A stretch of 64,000 bases of DNA from Candidatus Eiseniibacteriota bacterium (GTDB lineage: Bacteria; Eisenbacteria; RBG-16-71-46). The stretch lies in the NCBI GenBank assembly GCA_963776245.1, contig CAVZLN010000008.1, positions 288,001-352,000 on the forward strand. Reading direction: 5' to 3'. The notes beneath the pieces are model-generated. The model searched no databases and had not been told where the DNA came from. It saw only the letters and a list, made by a program, of their open reading frames with translations. Positions 21,164-30,696 of this stretch are shown piece after piece. The translations under genes and the position numbers were made by a program. Position 1 is the first letter of the stretch. Every line of letters begins with the position of its first letter.

Positions 21164-22327
21164 CTATTCGTGGAAGGATCCGCCCGCGCGAACCGGGCCC
21201 GGCGCATCCATGGCTTCGGCACCCGAAGAGTCCACCGGCTGCCACATCCGGTCCGAGGTGGCCGAGATCCCCTTCAGCTTGAGGCTCAGCTCGTTCGGAT
21301 TGGTGCAGTTCTTGAGCGCTTCCTCCTCGGAGATGAGGCCGTCGCGCAGCAGCGCCAGGACCGACTGATCGAAGGTCTGCATGCCGTACTGCGTCACGCC
21401 CTCGGCCACCACCTGGTGGATGAACGGCGTCTTCTCCGGATTGAGGATGTACTCCCGCAGCGTCGGGGTGCTCACCATGATCTCGACCCCGGGCACGCGC
21501 CCTGCGCCATCGAGCCGCGGGATGAGGCGCTGCGAGATGACCGCGCGCAGGTTGGCCGACATCGAGAGCCGGATCTCGTCGTGCTGGTGGGGCGGATAGA
21601 ACGAGATGATGCGCTGCAGCGTCTGGACCACGTCGGTGGTGTGCAGGGTGGACAGCACCAGGTGGCCGGTGTCGGCCGCCATGAGCACCGTGCTCATGGT
21701 CTCGAGATCGCGGATCTCGCCGACCAGGATGATGTCCGGGTCCTGGCGCAGCACGTATTTCAGCCCGTCGTTGAACGAACGGGTGTCGAGCCCGACCTCG
21801 CGCTGGTGGATGAACGACATCCGGTCGCGGTGGAGGAACTCGATCGGGTCCTCGACCGTGATGATGTTGCGCGTCGTGACCCGGTTGAGCGCGTCGACCA
21901 TGGCCGCCAGCGTCGTGGACTTGCCCGAGCCGGTGCGCCCGGTGACCAGCACCAGCCCGCGCGGCGAGAACGCCAGCTCGCGCACCGCCGCCGGCAGGTG
22001 CAGGTCCTCGATGCTCGGCACCTCGACCGGCACGTGCCGGAGCGCCAGCGCGGGCGTGCCGCGCTGCATGAAGATGTTGGCGCGGAAGCGCGCCAGGCCC
22101 GACACGCCGAAGGCGAAGTCGATCTCGTTGTGGGTGGTGAAGTAGTGGCGCTGTTCCTCGTTGAGCAGCTGGTCGCCCACGTCGCGCAGGTCCTTCGCGC
22201 TCGGCGGCGGCTCGTCGAGGGTGTAGAGCACGCCGTCCACCCGCACCACCGGCGCCGTGCCCGCCTTGAGGTGCAGATCGCTCGCATGCGCCGCGATCAT
22301 CTTCTCGAGCACGCTTCGGATGTTCAT
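21164..22327 (-). CDS. pilT: Type IV pilus retraction ATPase, PilT/PilU family
   Basis: [17 protein letters not shown], Walker [61 protein letters not shown]. Confidence 0.9.
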   Translation of the reverse strand: MNIRSVLEKMIAAHASDLHLKAGTAPVVRVDGVLYTLDEPPPSAKDLRDVGDQLLNEEQRHYFTTHNEIDFAFGVSGLARFRANIFMQRGTPALALRHVPVEVPSIEDLHLPAAVRELAFSPRGLVLVTGRTGSGKSTTLAAMVDALNRVTTRNIITVEDPIEFLHRDRMSFIHQREVGLDTRSFNDGLKYVLRQDPDIILVGEIRDLETMSTVLMAADTGHLVLSTLHTTDVVQTLQRIISFYPPHQHDEIRLSMSANLRAVISQRLIPRLDGAGRVPGVEIMVSTPTLREYILNPEKTPFIHQVVAEGVTQYGMQTFDQSVLALLRDGLISEEEALKNCTNPNELSLKLKGISATSDRMWQPVDSSGAEAMDAPGPVRAGGSFHE

Positions 22328-22358
22328 GCCATACCCCCGGGCGCGGCGATGCCGCGGA

Positions 22359-22908
<550 letters not shown>

Positions 22909-22925
<17 letters not shown>

Positions 22926-23358
22926 GGCCGAGCCGGTCCGCCAGGGCGCGCAGAGCGAGGGTATAGGAGTCCGCCCCGAACCCCTGCACCACGCCGAGCG
23001 CGGCGCCGGAGACCAGGGATCGATGACGGAAGGACTCGCGAGCGTGGGGATTGGACAAGTGGACCTCGATCACGGGCAGACCCGCCGCGAGCACGGCATC
23101 TCGAAGCGCGACACTCGTATGGGTCAGCCCCCCGGGATTGAGCAGCACGCCGTGGAATCGTCCGCGTGCGGTGTGGAGGGCGTCGATCAGGACGCCCTCG
23201 TGGTTGCTCTGGCGACACTCCACCTCGCATCCGAACTCGGCGCCCAGGCGCTCGAGGCGCCGGTCGATCTCGTCGAGCGACGTGGAGCCGTACACGTCCG
23301 GCTCGCGCGCGCCGAGCAGGTTCAGGTTCGGGCCATGCAGAACCAGGATGCGATTCAT
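22909..23358 (-). CDS. aroQ: Type II 3-dehydroquinate dehydratase
   Basis: [53 protein letters not shown]. Confidence 0.97.
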
Positions 23359-23363
23359 ACGGG

Positions 23364-24470
23364 TCAGGTCCGGGCTCCGACTTCGAGCAGGACCGCCCGC
23401 ACGAGGCGGCCCGTTATCAGGCGAGGCACGCTAGCAGAGCCCATCCGGGGGGTCAACACCCAGCGCACCCCTGCGCGCGCGCGCTTCTTGTCGCGCTCCA
23501 TCGGCACCAGCACGCGCCTCAACCGCATCGCCGGCATGCGCTTCGGGAGCCCGAGCGCATCGAGCAGCGCGACCAGACGCGCGCGCTCGGCGGGCGGCAG
23601 ACCGGCCACGCGCACCGAGAGCGACGCCGCCGCGCGCAGCCCGATCGCCACCGCTTCCCCGTGGAGCAACCCGCGGTAGTCGAGCGCCGCCTCGAGGGCG
23701 TGGCCCAGGGTGTGCCCCAGGTTGAGCGCGGTGCGCCCGCCCCCCTCGCGCTCGAACGGATCGGAGCGCACCACGGCGGCCTTGGCGCGGATGGCGCGGC
23801 GCACCGCGCCCGCGAGGGCCGCCGGTTCGCCCGCGGCGAGCGCGCCGGCGTGGCGCTCGCACCAGCGGAACAGCGCCGCGTCCACGCCGAAGCCCATCTT
23901 GACCACCTCCGCGAGGCCGGCGCGGCGGTGACGCGCGGGCAGCGTGGCGAGCACGCGGGGGTCCACCAGCACGCCCGCGGGCTGGTGGAACGCCCCCGCC
24001 AGGTTCTTGCCGGCGGCCAGGTCGACGCCGGTCTTGCCGCCCACGCTGCTGTCCACCTGCGCGAGCATCGAGGTCGGCACTCCCACCCACGCGACGCCGC
24101 GCAGGTAGCTCGCGGCGGCGAAGCCCGCGAGGTCGCCGACCACCCCGCCCCCGAGCGCGACCACCGCGCCATCGCGCGGCAGGCCCGCGGCGGCGAACCG
24201 CTCCCACAGCCACTCGAGCCGCGAGGCGCGCTTGCTGGATTCGCCCGCGGGGACGGTGAGCGCGCTCACTGCGCACCCCGCGCGGACCAGCGTGCGCCGG
24301 GCGCGCGCGGCGTAGAGCGCACCGACCCGCGTGTCGGTCACCAGCGCGACGCGGGTGGCGCCGGTGAGCCGGCGCACGAACGGACCCAGGCGATCCAGAC
24401 CGCCGGCATCGATGCGCACGCGGCTGGTCGCGCCGTGCGGCGCGTAGCGGATGGTCAGGTCGGTCGGCAC
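23364..24470 (-). CDS. aroB: 3-dehydroquinate synthase
   Basis: GESSK, ALGGGVVGDLAGF, PTSMLAQVDSSVGGKTG, LNLGHTLGHALE, HGEAVAIG. Confidence 0.95.
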   Translation of the reverse strand: MPTDLTIRYAPHGATSRVRIDAGGLDRLGPFVRRLTGATRVALVTDTRVGALYAARARRTLVRAGCAVSALTVPAGESSKRASRLEWLWERFAAAGLPRDGAVVALGGGVVGDLAGFAAASYLRGVAWVGVPTSMLAQVDSSVGGKTGVDLAAGKNLAGAFHQPAGVLVDPRVLATLPARHRRAGLAEVVKMGFGVDAALFRWCERHAGALAAGEPAALAGAVRRAIRAKAAVVRSDPFEREGGGRTALNLGHTLGHALEAALDYRGLLHGEAVAIGLRAAASLSVRVAGLPPAERARLVALLDALGLPKRMPAMRLRRVLVPMERDKKRARAGVRWVLTPRMGSASVPRLITGRLVRAVLLEVGART

Positions 24471-24514
24471 GGGGCGCAGTCTATGCGCCCCGGCGGGCGG
24501 CGTCGAGACGCGCG

Positions 24515-25702
24515 TCAGCGCGCCGGTCCGGGCGTCTCCCCGCGCAGCCGCTGGAGCTCGCCGCGCAGGCGCTCGATCTCACGCTCCAGCTGGCCGATCC
24601 GCTGCGCCGGCGCGCCGGGGGCCGCGGGCACGGCGTCGGCGATCGCCCAGCCCGGCTGCGCCACCGGCGACTCGCCGAGGATCACGCGCGCGCTCTGGCG
24701 GAGCTCATCGCGCACCCAGACCAACTCCACCGGCATTCCCGGGCGGGACGCGGTGACCCAGCGCCCGAGTTGCTCGGGGTACTCCACCCGCTCGCCGTCG
24801 AACGCGACCAGCAGGTCGCCCGGCTTGAGCCCGGCGCGGTCGGCGGGCCCGCCGGCGGTGACCGACTGCACCAGCGCGCCGAGCGGCACGCGCACTTCCC
24901 TCTGGACCGCGCTCTCCACGAACGCGGCGCGCGTGTCGACGCCGATCCAGCCATGCCGGACCCGGCCGAGGCGGCGCAGGTCGTCCCACGCCACGCGGAC
25001 GTGACTGAGCGGCAGCATCAGGGAGTTCGCGCCGGCGCGCCCGTACTCGACCCCGCTCACCGCGCCGAGTTCGCCGAGCACCAGGCCGATCAACGCGCCG
25101 TGCGCGTCGAGCACCGGACCGCCGCTGTTCCCCGGGTAGACCGTGTTGGTGAGCTGGAGGAGGGTGAGACCGGGCTCGGCGTGCCGACCCACCATCGTGC
25201 CCACGGATTGGGTCGGCTCCCGGCGGAACGAGTTGCCGAGGACGATGGTCCAGTCGCCGGGCTGCGGCGCGCGCTCGCCCGCGAGCGGCAGCGGCGGCAC
25301 GCGCAGGTCGGGCACCCGCAGGTAGGCGATGTTCAGGATCAGATCGGCGCCGACCAGCTGGGCCTCGACCTCGATGCCGTTCGAGGTCCGGACGAACACG
25401 CGCTGCGCGCCCTGCACCACACTCGCCGCGGTGAGGATGGCGCCCTCTTCCACGGCGACCCCGGAGCCCACGCGCAACCGCGGCGGCGGCACCCGGCCCG
25501 CGCGGGCCCCCGTCGCCGGGAGCTGCGCGACCACCGCCACGACCGAGGGGCGGGCGTGTCGGGCGAGCTGGTCGACATCGGTCTGGAGCGCCGAGAGCGT
25601 GCCCTGCGCGCCGGCCGGGCGCGCGCCTCCCGCGGCAACACCGAATAGCGCCACCGTGAGGATGCAGGTGGCGCCCCGCAGAGGGGACGGCTTGGGCGTC
25701 AT
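24515..25702 (-). CDS. HtrA/DegP-like S1C serine protease with PDZ domain
   Basis: Signal peptide; VGSGV, LTAASVV (the catalytic His position appears substituted), YPGNSGGP, GWIGV, GPADRAGLKPGD PDZ; follows ECF sigma/anti-sigma. Confidence 0.85.
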   Translation of the reverse strand: MTPKPSPLRGATCILTVALFGVAAGGARPAGAQGTLSALQTDVDQLARHARPSVVAVVAQLPATGARAGRVPPPRLRVGSGVAVEEGAILTAASVVQGAQRVFVRTSNGIEVEAQLVGADLILNIAYLRVPDLRVPPLPLAGERAPQPGDWTIVLGNSFRREPTQSVGTMVGRHAEPGLTLLQLTNTVYPGNSGGPVLDAHGALIGLVLGELGAVSGVEYGRAGANSLMLPLSHVRVAWDDLRRLGRVRHGWIGVDTRAAFVESAVQREVRVPLGALVQSVTAGGPADRAGLKPGDLLVAFDGERVEYPEQLGRWVTASRPGMPVELVWVRDELRQSARVILGESPVAQPGWAIADAVPAAPGAPAQRIGQLEREIERLRGELQRLRGETPGPAR

Positions 25703-25710
25703 GTTCCCGC

Positions 25711-26316
25711 CTAGAATGAGATGACCGCTCGCCCGGCCCGGATGCCGTTCACCGAATTCGTCTTCCCCGCCACCTCATGGCGCACCGCCACCGGATCGAG
25801 GATGAACTCGACGTCCTCGCTGTGGTCGAACAGGCTGTCGGTGACCGCCGCGACCCGCGCGGACGAGGCGGAACGGCCGGGCGAAGGGCCGCCGGACGCG
25901 GCCGCGCCGGGCCCGGTGGCCGCCACCAGTTGCGGCTGGGGCAGCGCCCCCGTGGCCGATCGCGAAGCGAAGCGGCCGGGCTGCCGCACCGCCCACGGCA
26001 GGATCGCGAGCGCGCCCACCATGAGCACCGCGGCCACCGCGACCGCCGGGACCCACGCGGGCGAAGGTGAGGCCGGGATGCGGTCGGGAGCGGGGGATGC
26101 ACGTCGCGCGCCCGCGAGGACACGCTCGACGAGCCCGGGCGCCGCCTCGAGGCGCGGCAGCGAAGCCATCAGCTCGAGGGTGCGGGAGTGGGCCTCGTAG
26201 CGCGCGCGGCAGTCCGGACACGACGCGAAGTGGGCTTCGATCACTTCCCGCTCGGCCTGCGTGGTCTCGTCGTCCCAGTAGGCGTCGAAGAGCCTCTGGA
26301 TCCCGGTGCACTTCAT
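25711..26316 (-). CDS. Zinc-finger (ZAS/zf-HC2) anti-sigma factor with TM helix
   Basis: MKC...HFASCPDC (HxxxCxxC), a central hydrophobic helix; overlaps the ECF sigma stop. Confidence 0.85.
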   Translation of the reverse strand: MKCTGIQRLFDAYWDDETTQAEREVIEAHFASCPDCRARYEAHSRTLELMASLPRLEAAPGLVERVLAGARRASPAPDRIPASPSPAWVPAVAVAAVLMVGALAILPWAVRQPGRFASRSATGALPQPQLVAATGPGAAASGGPSPGRSASSARVAAVTDSLFDHSEDVEFILDPVAVRHEVAGKTNSVNGIRAGRAVISF

Positions 26317-26948
26317 GATGGTTCTTCCCGTCGGAGTAGCGGTTCGAGTTTGCGCTTCAGCATCCCGCGCGCCCGGTTGATCCGTGATCTCACCGTGCCG
26401 CCGGGGATGCCGAGCACGTCGGCGATCTCCTCGTATGGCAGCCCTTCGATGTCCCTCAGCACCAGCGCCAGTCGGTACTTCTCGGGCACCGTCGCGATCG
26501 CCCGCGCCACCGCATCCTGGAGCTGTTCGCGCTCGAGCGTGCGTTCCCGGCTCTCGCCCGGGTCCGCCAGCTGGGGCGCGCTGTCCTTCAGCACCTCCTG
26601 CAGCGCGTCCAGACTGAACCAGTTGCGCCGCCTCACCCGTCGCCGGATCTCGTTCTTCGCGAGGTTCGCGGCGATGGTGAAGAGCCAGGTGGAGAACTTC
26701 GACCCGCGCCGGTAGTTCCGGCGGTGGACGAAGACGCGGATGAACACCTCCTGCGCCAGGTCGTCCGCGCACTCCCGGTCGTTGAGCACCCGGGCCACCA
26801 GGTTCGTCACGCGACCCTGGAAGCGCCGGACCAGCTCCGGGAAGGCACGATCGTCATCCTCAGCCACCCGGACCATGAGATCCTCGTCCGAAAGACTGAG
26901 TATGGGCGGCAGCGAGGGATCGCGGTCGGTTCCCACGGGCTCACTCAC
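26313..26948 (-). CDS. ECF RNA polymerase sigma factor (RpoE/SigW-like)
   Basis: DDLAQEVFIRV, SKFSTWLFTIAANLAKN, LRDIEGLPYEEIA..LGIPGGTVRSRINRAR. Confidence 0.92.
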   Translation of the reverse strand: MSEPVGTDRDPSLPPILSLSDEDLMVRVAEDDDRAFPELVRRFQGRVTNLVARVLNDRECADDLAQEVFIRVFVHRRNYRRGSKFSTWLFTIAANLAKNEIRRRVRRRNWFSLDALQEVLKDSAPQLADPGESRERTLEREQLQDAVARAIATVPEKYRLALVLRDIEGLPYEEIADVLGIPGGTVRSRINRARGMLKRKLEPLLRREEPS

Positions 26949-26990
26949 CCTTAGTCGTTACACCCTTGCAAGGGGCATGGTTCCCGACGT

Positions 26991-28658
26991 TCATGGGAGC
27001 TCCGAGAGCTTGCTCTTGAGCCGGGGGTTGGCGGCCTTCCCGGCCAGGGCGAGGCGGTACTGCTGGCGCGCCAAGTCCATGAGGTTCAAGTCCTTGTACA
27101 CGTCTCCCAGGTGCTCGTGGATCTCGGGGTCGCCCCCGCTCAGCCGCAGCGCGCGCTCGAGCTCGGCGCGCGCCTGCTCGACCCTTCCGAGCCGATAGTA
27201 GATCCAGCCGAGCGAGTCGATGAAGGCCCCATTGTCGGGATCCAGCTCGACCGCGCGCTGGATCAGCCCCAGCGCCTCCTCTAGGTGCTCGCCCCGATCG
27301 GCGAACAGGTAGCCCAGGAAGTTGAGCGCGACCGCGTTGTCCGGCTCGCGCGCGAGCACGTCGCGGGCCGCCGCCTCGGCGCCCGCGGGGTCGCCGCGCT
27401 GCTGCCGGCAGAAGGCCAGGTCGAGCAGCAGCCCGGGGTGGCCGGGGAAGCGCTGGAGCGCCTCGAGCCACGTGCTCTCGGCCGCCGCCCACCGGCTGGC
27501 GCTCTGCCGGATGCGCGCGAGGAGCACGCGCGGCTCGAGCGAGTCGGGCTGCGCGGCGATCGCTCGCCGGGCATGGTCCTCGGCCAGGTCCCAGTCCTCC
27601 GCCATGGCGCGGGCGCGCGCGGCCGCGGCCAGCCCGCGCACGTCACCCGGGTGGCGCTTCGCCCACCCCTCGGTCAGCACCGCTCCCTCGCGCGCCCGGC
27701 CGTTCTGCGCCATCAGCGCCGCGGCGCGTGCCACGCGCGTCGGGTCCTCGGGCGCCGCGCGCATCAGCCGCTCGAGCGCGGCACGCCCGGCGGTGGGCTT
27801 CCCCGCGCGATAGGCGAGGCCGGCTTCGACCTCGATCGCGTCCGCCTCGCCCGGAGCTTCGCGCGCCACCTGCCGCGCGAGCGCATACGCCTCGTCGAAT
27901 CGCTTGGAGCGCGCCAGCAGCTCGACCAGGCGACGGCGCGTGCCGGAGTCCTCGGGATGGAGCGCCAGGTGGCTGCGGAAACGGCCGATGGCGTCCTCCA
28001 CGCGACCCAGACCCTGGTCGACCAGGCCGCGCATGAAGTCCAGCCCGGGACGCTGCGGGTTGAGCTCCGCCGCCACGGCGAGCGCGGAGTCGGCGGCGCC
28101 GTAGTTCCCGCGCCGGCCTTCGACGGTGCCGAGCTGGAACCACGCCTCGGCGTCGTCCTCCTCCAGACCCACGACCCTGCGCCATGCCCCGGCCACGACG
28201 TCCCAGCGCTCGACCTGCTGCGCCGCGTGCGCCAGTGTGCGCTGGTACTCGATCTCGTCCGGGGCCAGCGCGGTGGCGCGCTCCAGCGCGGCGAGGGCCT
28301 CGGGATAGCGCTCGAGGTGGAACAGGGCCGCGCCCCGCAGCCAGTGGGCGTGAGCGTCTTCCGGCGCGGCCTGGAGCGCGCGATCGGCGAGTTCGAGCGC
28401 CCGGCCCGGCTCGCCGAGCTCGATGTTCATCTCGCTCGCGCTGCCGAGCAGCGTCGGCGACCGCGGGTCCGCGACCAGGGCGCGGTAGATCTCCCCGACC
28501 GCCTCCGCGGGGGAACCGCTCTCCTCGAAGAGCCGGCCGGACGCGTAATGCCGCAGGGCCTCGAGGCTCGGATAACGCGAGGGATCGGGCTGCAGCGTGG
28601 AATCCGGCGGCACGGTCGAGGCCGCGGCCAGGGTCAGGGCGCAAGCGACGATCCACAT
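26991..28658 (-). CDS. Exported tetratricopeptide repeat protein
   Basis: Signal-like N-terminus MWIVACALTLAAAS; many TPRs; C-terminal LNFLGYLFAD...DPDNGAFIDSLGWIYY...DPEIHEHLGDVY. Confidence 0.85.
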   Translation of the reverse strand: MWIVACALTLAAASTVPPDSTLQPDPSRYPSLEALRHYASGRLFEESGSPAEAVGEIYRALVADPRSPTLLGSASEMNIELGEPGRALELADRALQAAPEDAHAHWLRGAALFHLERYPEALAALERATALAPDEIEYQRTLAHAAQQVERWDVVAGAWRRVVGLEEDDAEAWFQLGTVEGRRGNYGAADSALAVAAELNPQRPGLDFMRGLVDQGLGRVEDAIGRFRSHLALHPEDSGTRRRLVELLARSKRFDEAYALARQVAREAPGEADAIEVEAGLAYRAGKPTAGRAALERLMRAAPEDPTRVARAAALMAQNGRAREGAVLTEGWAKRHPGDVRGLAAAARARAMAEDWDLAEDHARRAIAAQPDSLEPRVLLARIRQSASRWAAAESTWLEALQRFPGHPGLLLDLAFCRQQRGDPAGAEAAARDVLAREPDNAVALNFLGYLFADRGEHLEEALGLIQRAVELDPDNGAFIDSLGWIYYRLGRVEQARAELERALRLSGGDPEIHEHLGDVYKDLNLMDLARQQYRLALAGKAANPRLKSKLSELP

Positions 28659-28788
28659 GAGCCGGAAGCGTAGCACGCGCTCGTCCGGCGCAACCAGCGC
28701 TCCGTGCGGCGTCGCCACGGTGCGGCCGCGCGGCGCGCGGCGCGCGAGTGTGGTATCTCTTCGGTCGGACCCGTCACCCGGAGCCCCG

Positions 28789-30147
28789 ATGAGCACGATT
28801 CCCCGGCCCGCACGCATCCTCGTCGTCGATGACGAGCCCTCGGTGGCCGGCGTCATCGCCCGCCTCGCCGAGTCGTTCGGGCACGAGGTGGTGCAGGCCG
28901 ACAGCGTCGAGCACGCGCAGCAGGCCTTCGCCGCGTCGGAGTTCGACGTGGTGCTCACCGACCTGCGCCTCGGCCGTCGTGACGGCCTCGAGCTGCTGCG
29001 CCACATCCAGGAGCGCGCTCCCGAGGTCCCGGTGGTCCTCATCACCGGCCAGGCCAGCGTCGAGTCGGTGATGGAGGCGATCCGCGACGGCGCCTACGAC
29101 TATCTGACCAAGCCCACCGAACGCACCGCGCTGGGGGTACTGCTCCAGCGCGCGATCGAGAAGAAGCGCATCTCGGTCGAGGTCCGCGACCTGCGCCATG
29201 AGATCGACTCGCGCATCGCGCTCGAGACCATCGCCGGACGCTCGCCCCAGATGCTCGAGGTGTTCAAGACCGTGGCCCGGGTGGCGCCCAGCAAGAGCAA
29301 CATCCTCATCCTGGGCGAAAGTGGCACCGGCAAGGAACTGGTGGCGCGCGCGCTCCACCTGCAGAGCCCGCGCGCGCTGCAGCGCTTCGTCCCCGTGAAC
29401 GTCTCCGCCATCCCCGAGGGCCTGCTCGAGAGCGAGTTGTTCGGGCACCTGCGGGGATCGTTCACCGGGGCCACCACGACCCGGCGCGGCGTGTTCGAGG
29501 AGGCGCACCGGGGCACGCTGTTCCTGGACGAGATCGGCGACCTCTCGATGCCCCTCCAGGCCAAGCTGCTGAGGGTCATCCAGGAGCAGCGTGTGAAGCC
29601 CGTGGGCGGCAGCGAGGAGATCGCGGTGGACGTCAGGATCGTCGGCGCCACGCACCGGGACCTCGAGGAGATGGTGCGCGCCGGCCGTTTCCGCGAGGAC
29701 CTCTACTACCGGCTCAACGTGGTATCGATCGCGCTCCCCCCGTTGCGCGAACGGCCCGGCGACATCCCGGTGCTCATCCAGCACTTCCTGCGCAAGCTCG
29801 AACAGGAGACCGGCCGGCCGGTGCCGCGCTTCGCTCCCGAGACCCTCGAATTGCTAGCCGCGTATCCGTGGCCGGGCAATGTCCGCGAGCTCGAGAACGT
29901 CGTGGAGCGCGCGGTGCTGCTCTCGAACCAGAGCGTCATCGGACCCGACGCACTGCCGGCCCGCCTGCTCGACCCGGTCGCGGCCGAGGGCGCGCTCCCC
30001 ACCGGCCTGCCGGCCCTGGAGGTCATGATCGAACGCTACGTCGCGCGCGTGCTCGAGCACACCGCGGGCAACCAGACCCGCGCGGCCGGGATCCTCGGCA
30101 TCTCGCGTCGGACACTCCACCGCATGGCGGCGCGCCGTCGCCCGTAG
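28789..30147 (+). CDS. Sigma54-dependent response regulator (REC-AAA+-Fis HTH, NtrC/AtoC family)
   Basis: ILVVDDE, LTDLRL, GESGTGKELVA, ESELFGHLRGSFTGA, GTLFLDEIG, FREDLYYRLNV, WPGNVRELEN, GNQTRAAGILGISRRTL. Confidence 0.95.
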   Translation: MSTIPRPARILVVDDEPSVAGVIARLAESFGHEVVQADSVEHAQQAFAASEFDVVLTDLRLGRRDGLELLRHIQERAPEVPVVLITGQASVESVMEAIRDGAYDYLTKPTERTALGVLLQRAIEKKRISVEVRDLRHEIDSRIALETIAGRSPQMLEVFKTVARVAPSKSNILILGESGTGKELVARALHLQSPRALQRFVPVNVSAIPEGLLESELFGHLRGSFTGATTTRRGVFEEAHRGTLFLDEIGDLSMPLQAKLLRVIQEQRVKPVGGSEEIAVDVRIVGATHRDLEEMVRAGRFREDLYYRLNVVSIALPPLRERPGDIPVLIQHFLRKLEQETGRPVPRFAPETLELLAAYPWPGNVRELENVVERAVLLSNQSVIGPDALPARLLDPVAAEGALPTGLPALEVMIERYVARVLEHTAGNQTRAAGILGISRRTLHRMAARRRP

Positions 30148-30157
30148 TGACGGCCGT

Positions 30158-30194
30158 GCGGGACACGATGGCCCGCCGCGGGACACGATGGCCC
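30158..30194. promoter_or_regulatory. Tandem candidate enhancer-binding-protein sites (UAS)
   Basis: 17-bp GCGGGACACGATGGCCC repeated exactly at 30158 and 30178 (20-bp period). Each copy contains the imperfect palindrome GGGACA-N3-TGGCCC; about 180-210 bp upstream of a -24/-12 promoter. Confidence 0.6.
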
Positions 30195-30370
30195 ACAACC
30201 GGTTCCTTCCGCCTGTCACGTGACTTAAGGAACGAACTTCAAGATGGTCAGGACGAATCGTCCCATCCCGGCGCCGCGCGTCCCTCCGCCGCCGGCGGTC
30301 GCCATCTCTCATGACCGCGTAAGGCATTGCGATTCAATCCCAACCCGCTGGGTCCCTGGGATCTCGCGGG

Positions 30371-30388
30371 TTGGCACCGAGACTGCAT
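30371..30388 (+). promoter_or_regulatory. Sigma54 -24/-12 promoter
   Basis: TTGGCACCGAGACTGCAT: TGGCAC with exact GG-N10-GC spacing. Confidence 0.7.
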
Positions 30389-30397
30389 GTGCGACCG

Positions 30398-30575
30398 GTT
30401 GGAAGCGGGTCGCCCGAGTCAGTCCAGAGAGCGGCGGCCCTGCTGTACAGATCTCGACGACTTGATGTCTGTCGTCATTCCGTGACGGGAATGGAAGATC
30501 CGAGGGGCCTACCCGGAGCGCGAATGGCGGCAGTTTAGAGGCGGGGGACGCAAGTTCCCCGCCTCGTTCTTTGTT
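30398..30575 (+). ncRNA. Candidate sigma54-dependent small RNA (~180 nt), family unknown
   Basis: Bounded by the sigma54 promoter and an intrinsic terminator; no credible ORF; internal hairpins GACGAC...GTCGTC and CATTCC...GGAATG. Confidence 0.5.
30538..30575 (+). terminator. Rho-independent terminator
   Basis: GAGGCGGGGGAC-GCAA-GTTCCCCGCCTC (12-bp stem, GNRA loop, one G-U pair) followed by GTTCTTTGTT. Confidence 0.75.
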
Positions 30576-30696
30576 CCCACCCCGCGCCTCGCTCCCGGTC
30601 CCGGTCCCGCAGCCGGAGCGGGGACGCGCCGGACGGACGTCGAGCGGGCGGCGAATGTCCCCGCCGCCCGCTCGTGACCGCCCTCCCGCCGACTCT

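Noticed and set aside
30244..30465. 73-aa plus-strand ORF in the activator-rnc intergenic region
   Set aside because: No recognisable motif or clear RBS, and it runs across the sigma54 promoter; the noncoding interpretation fits better.
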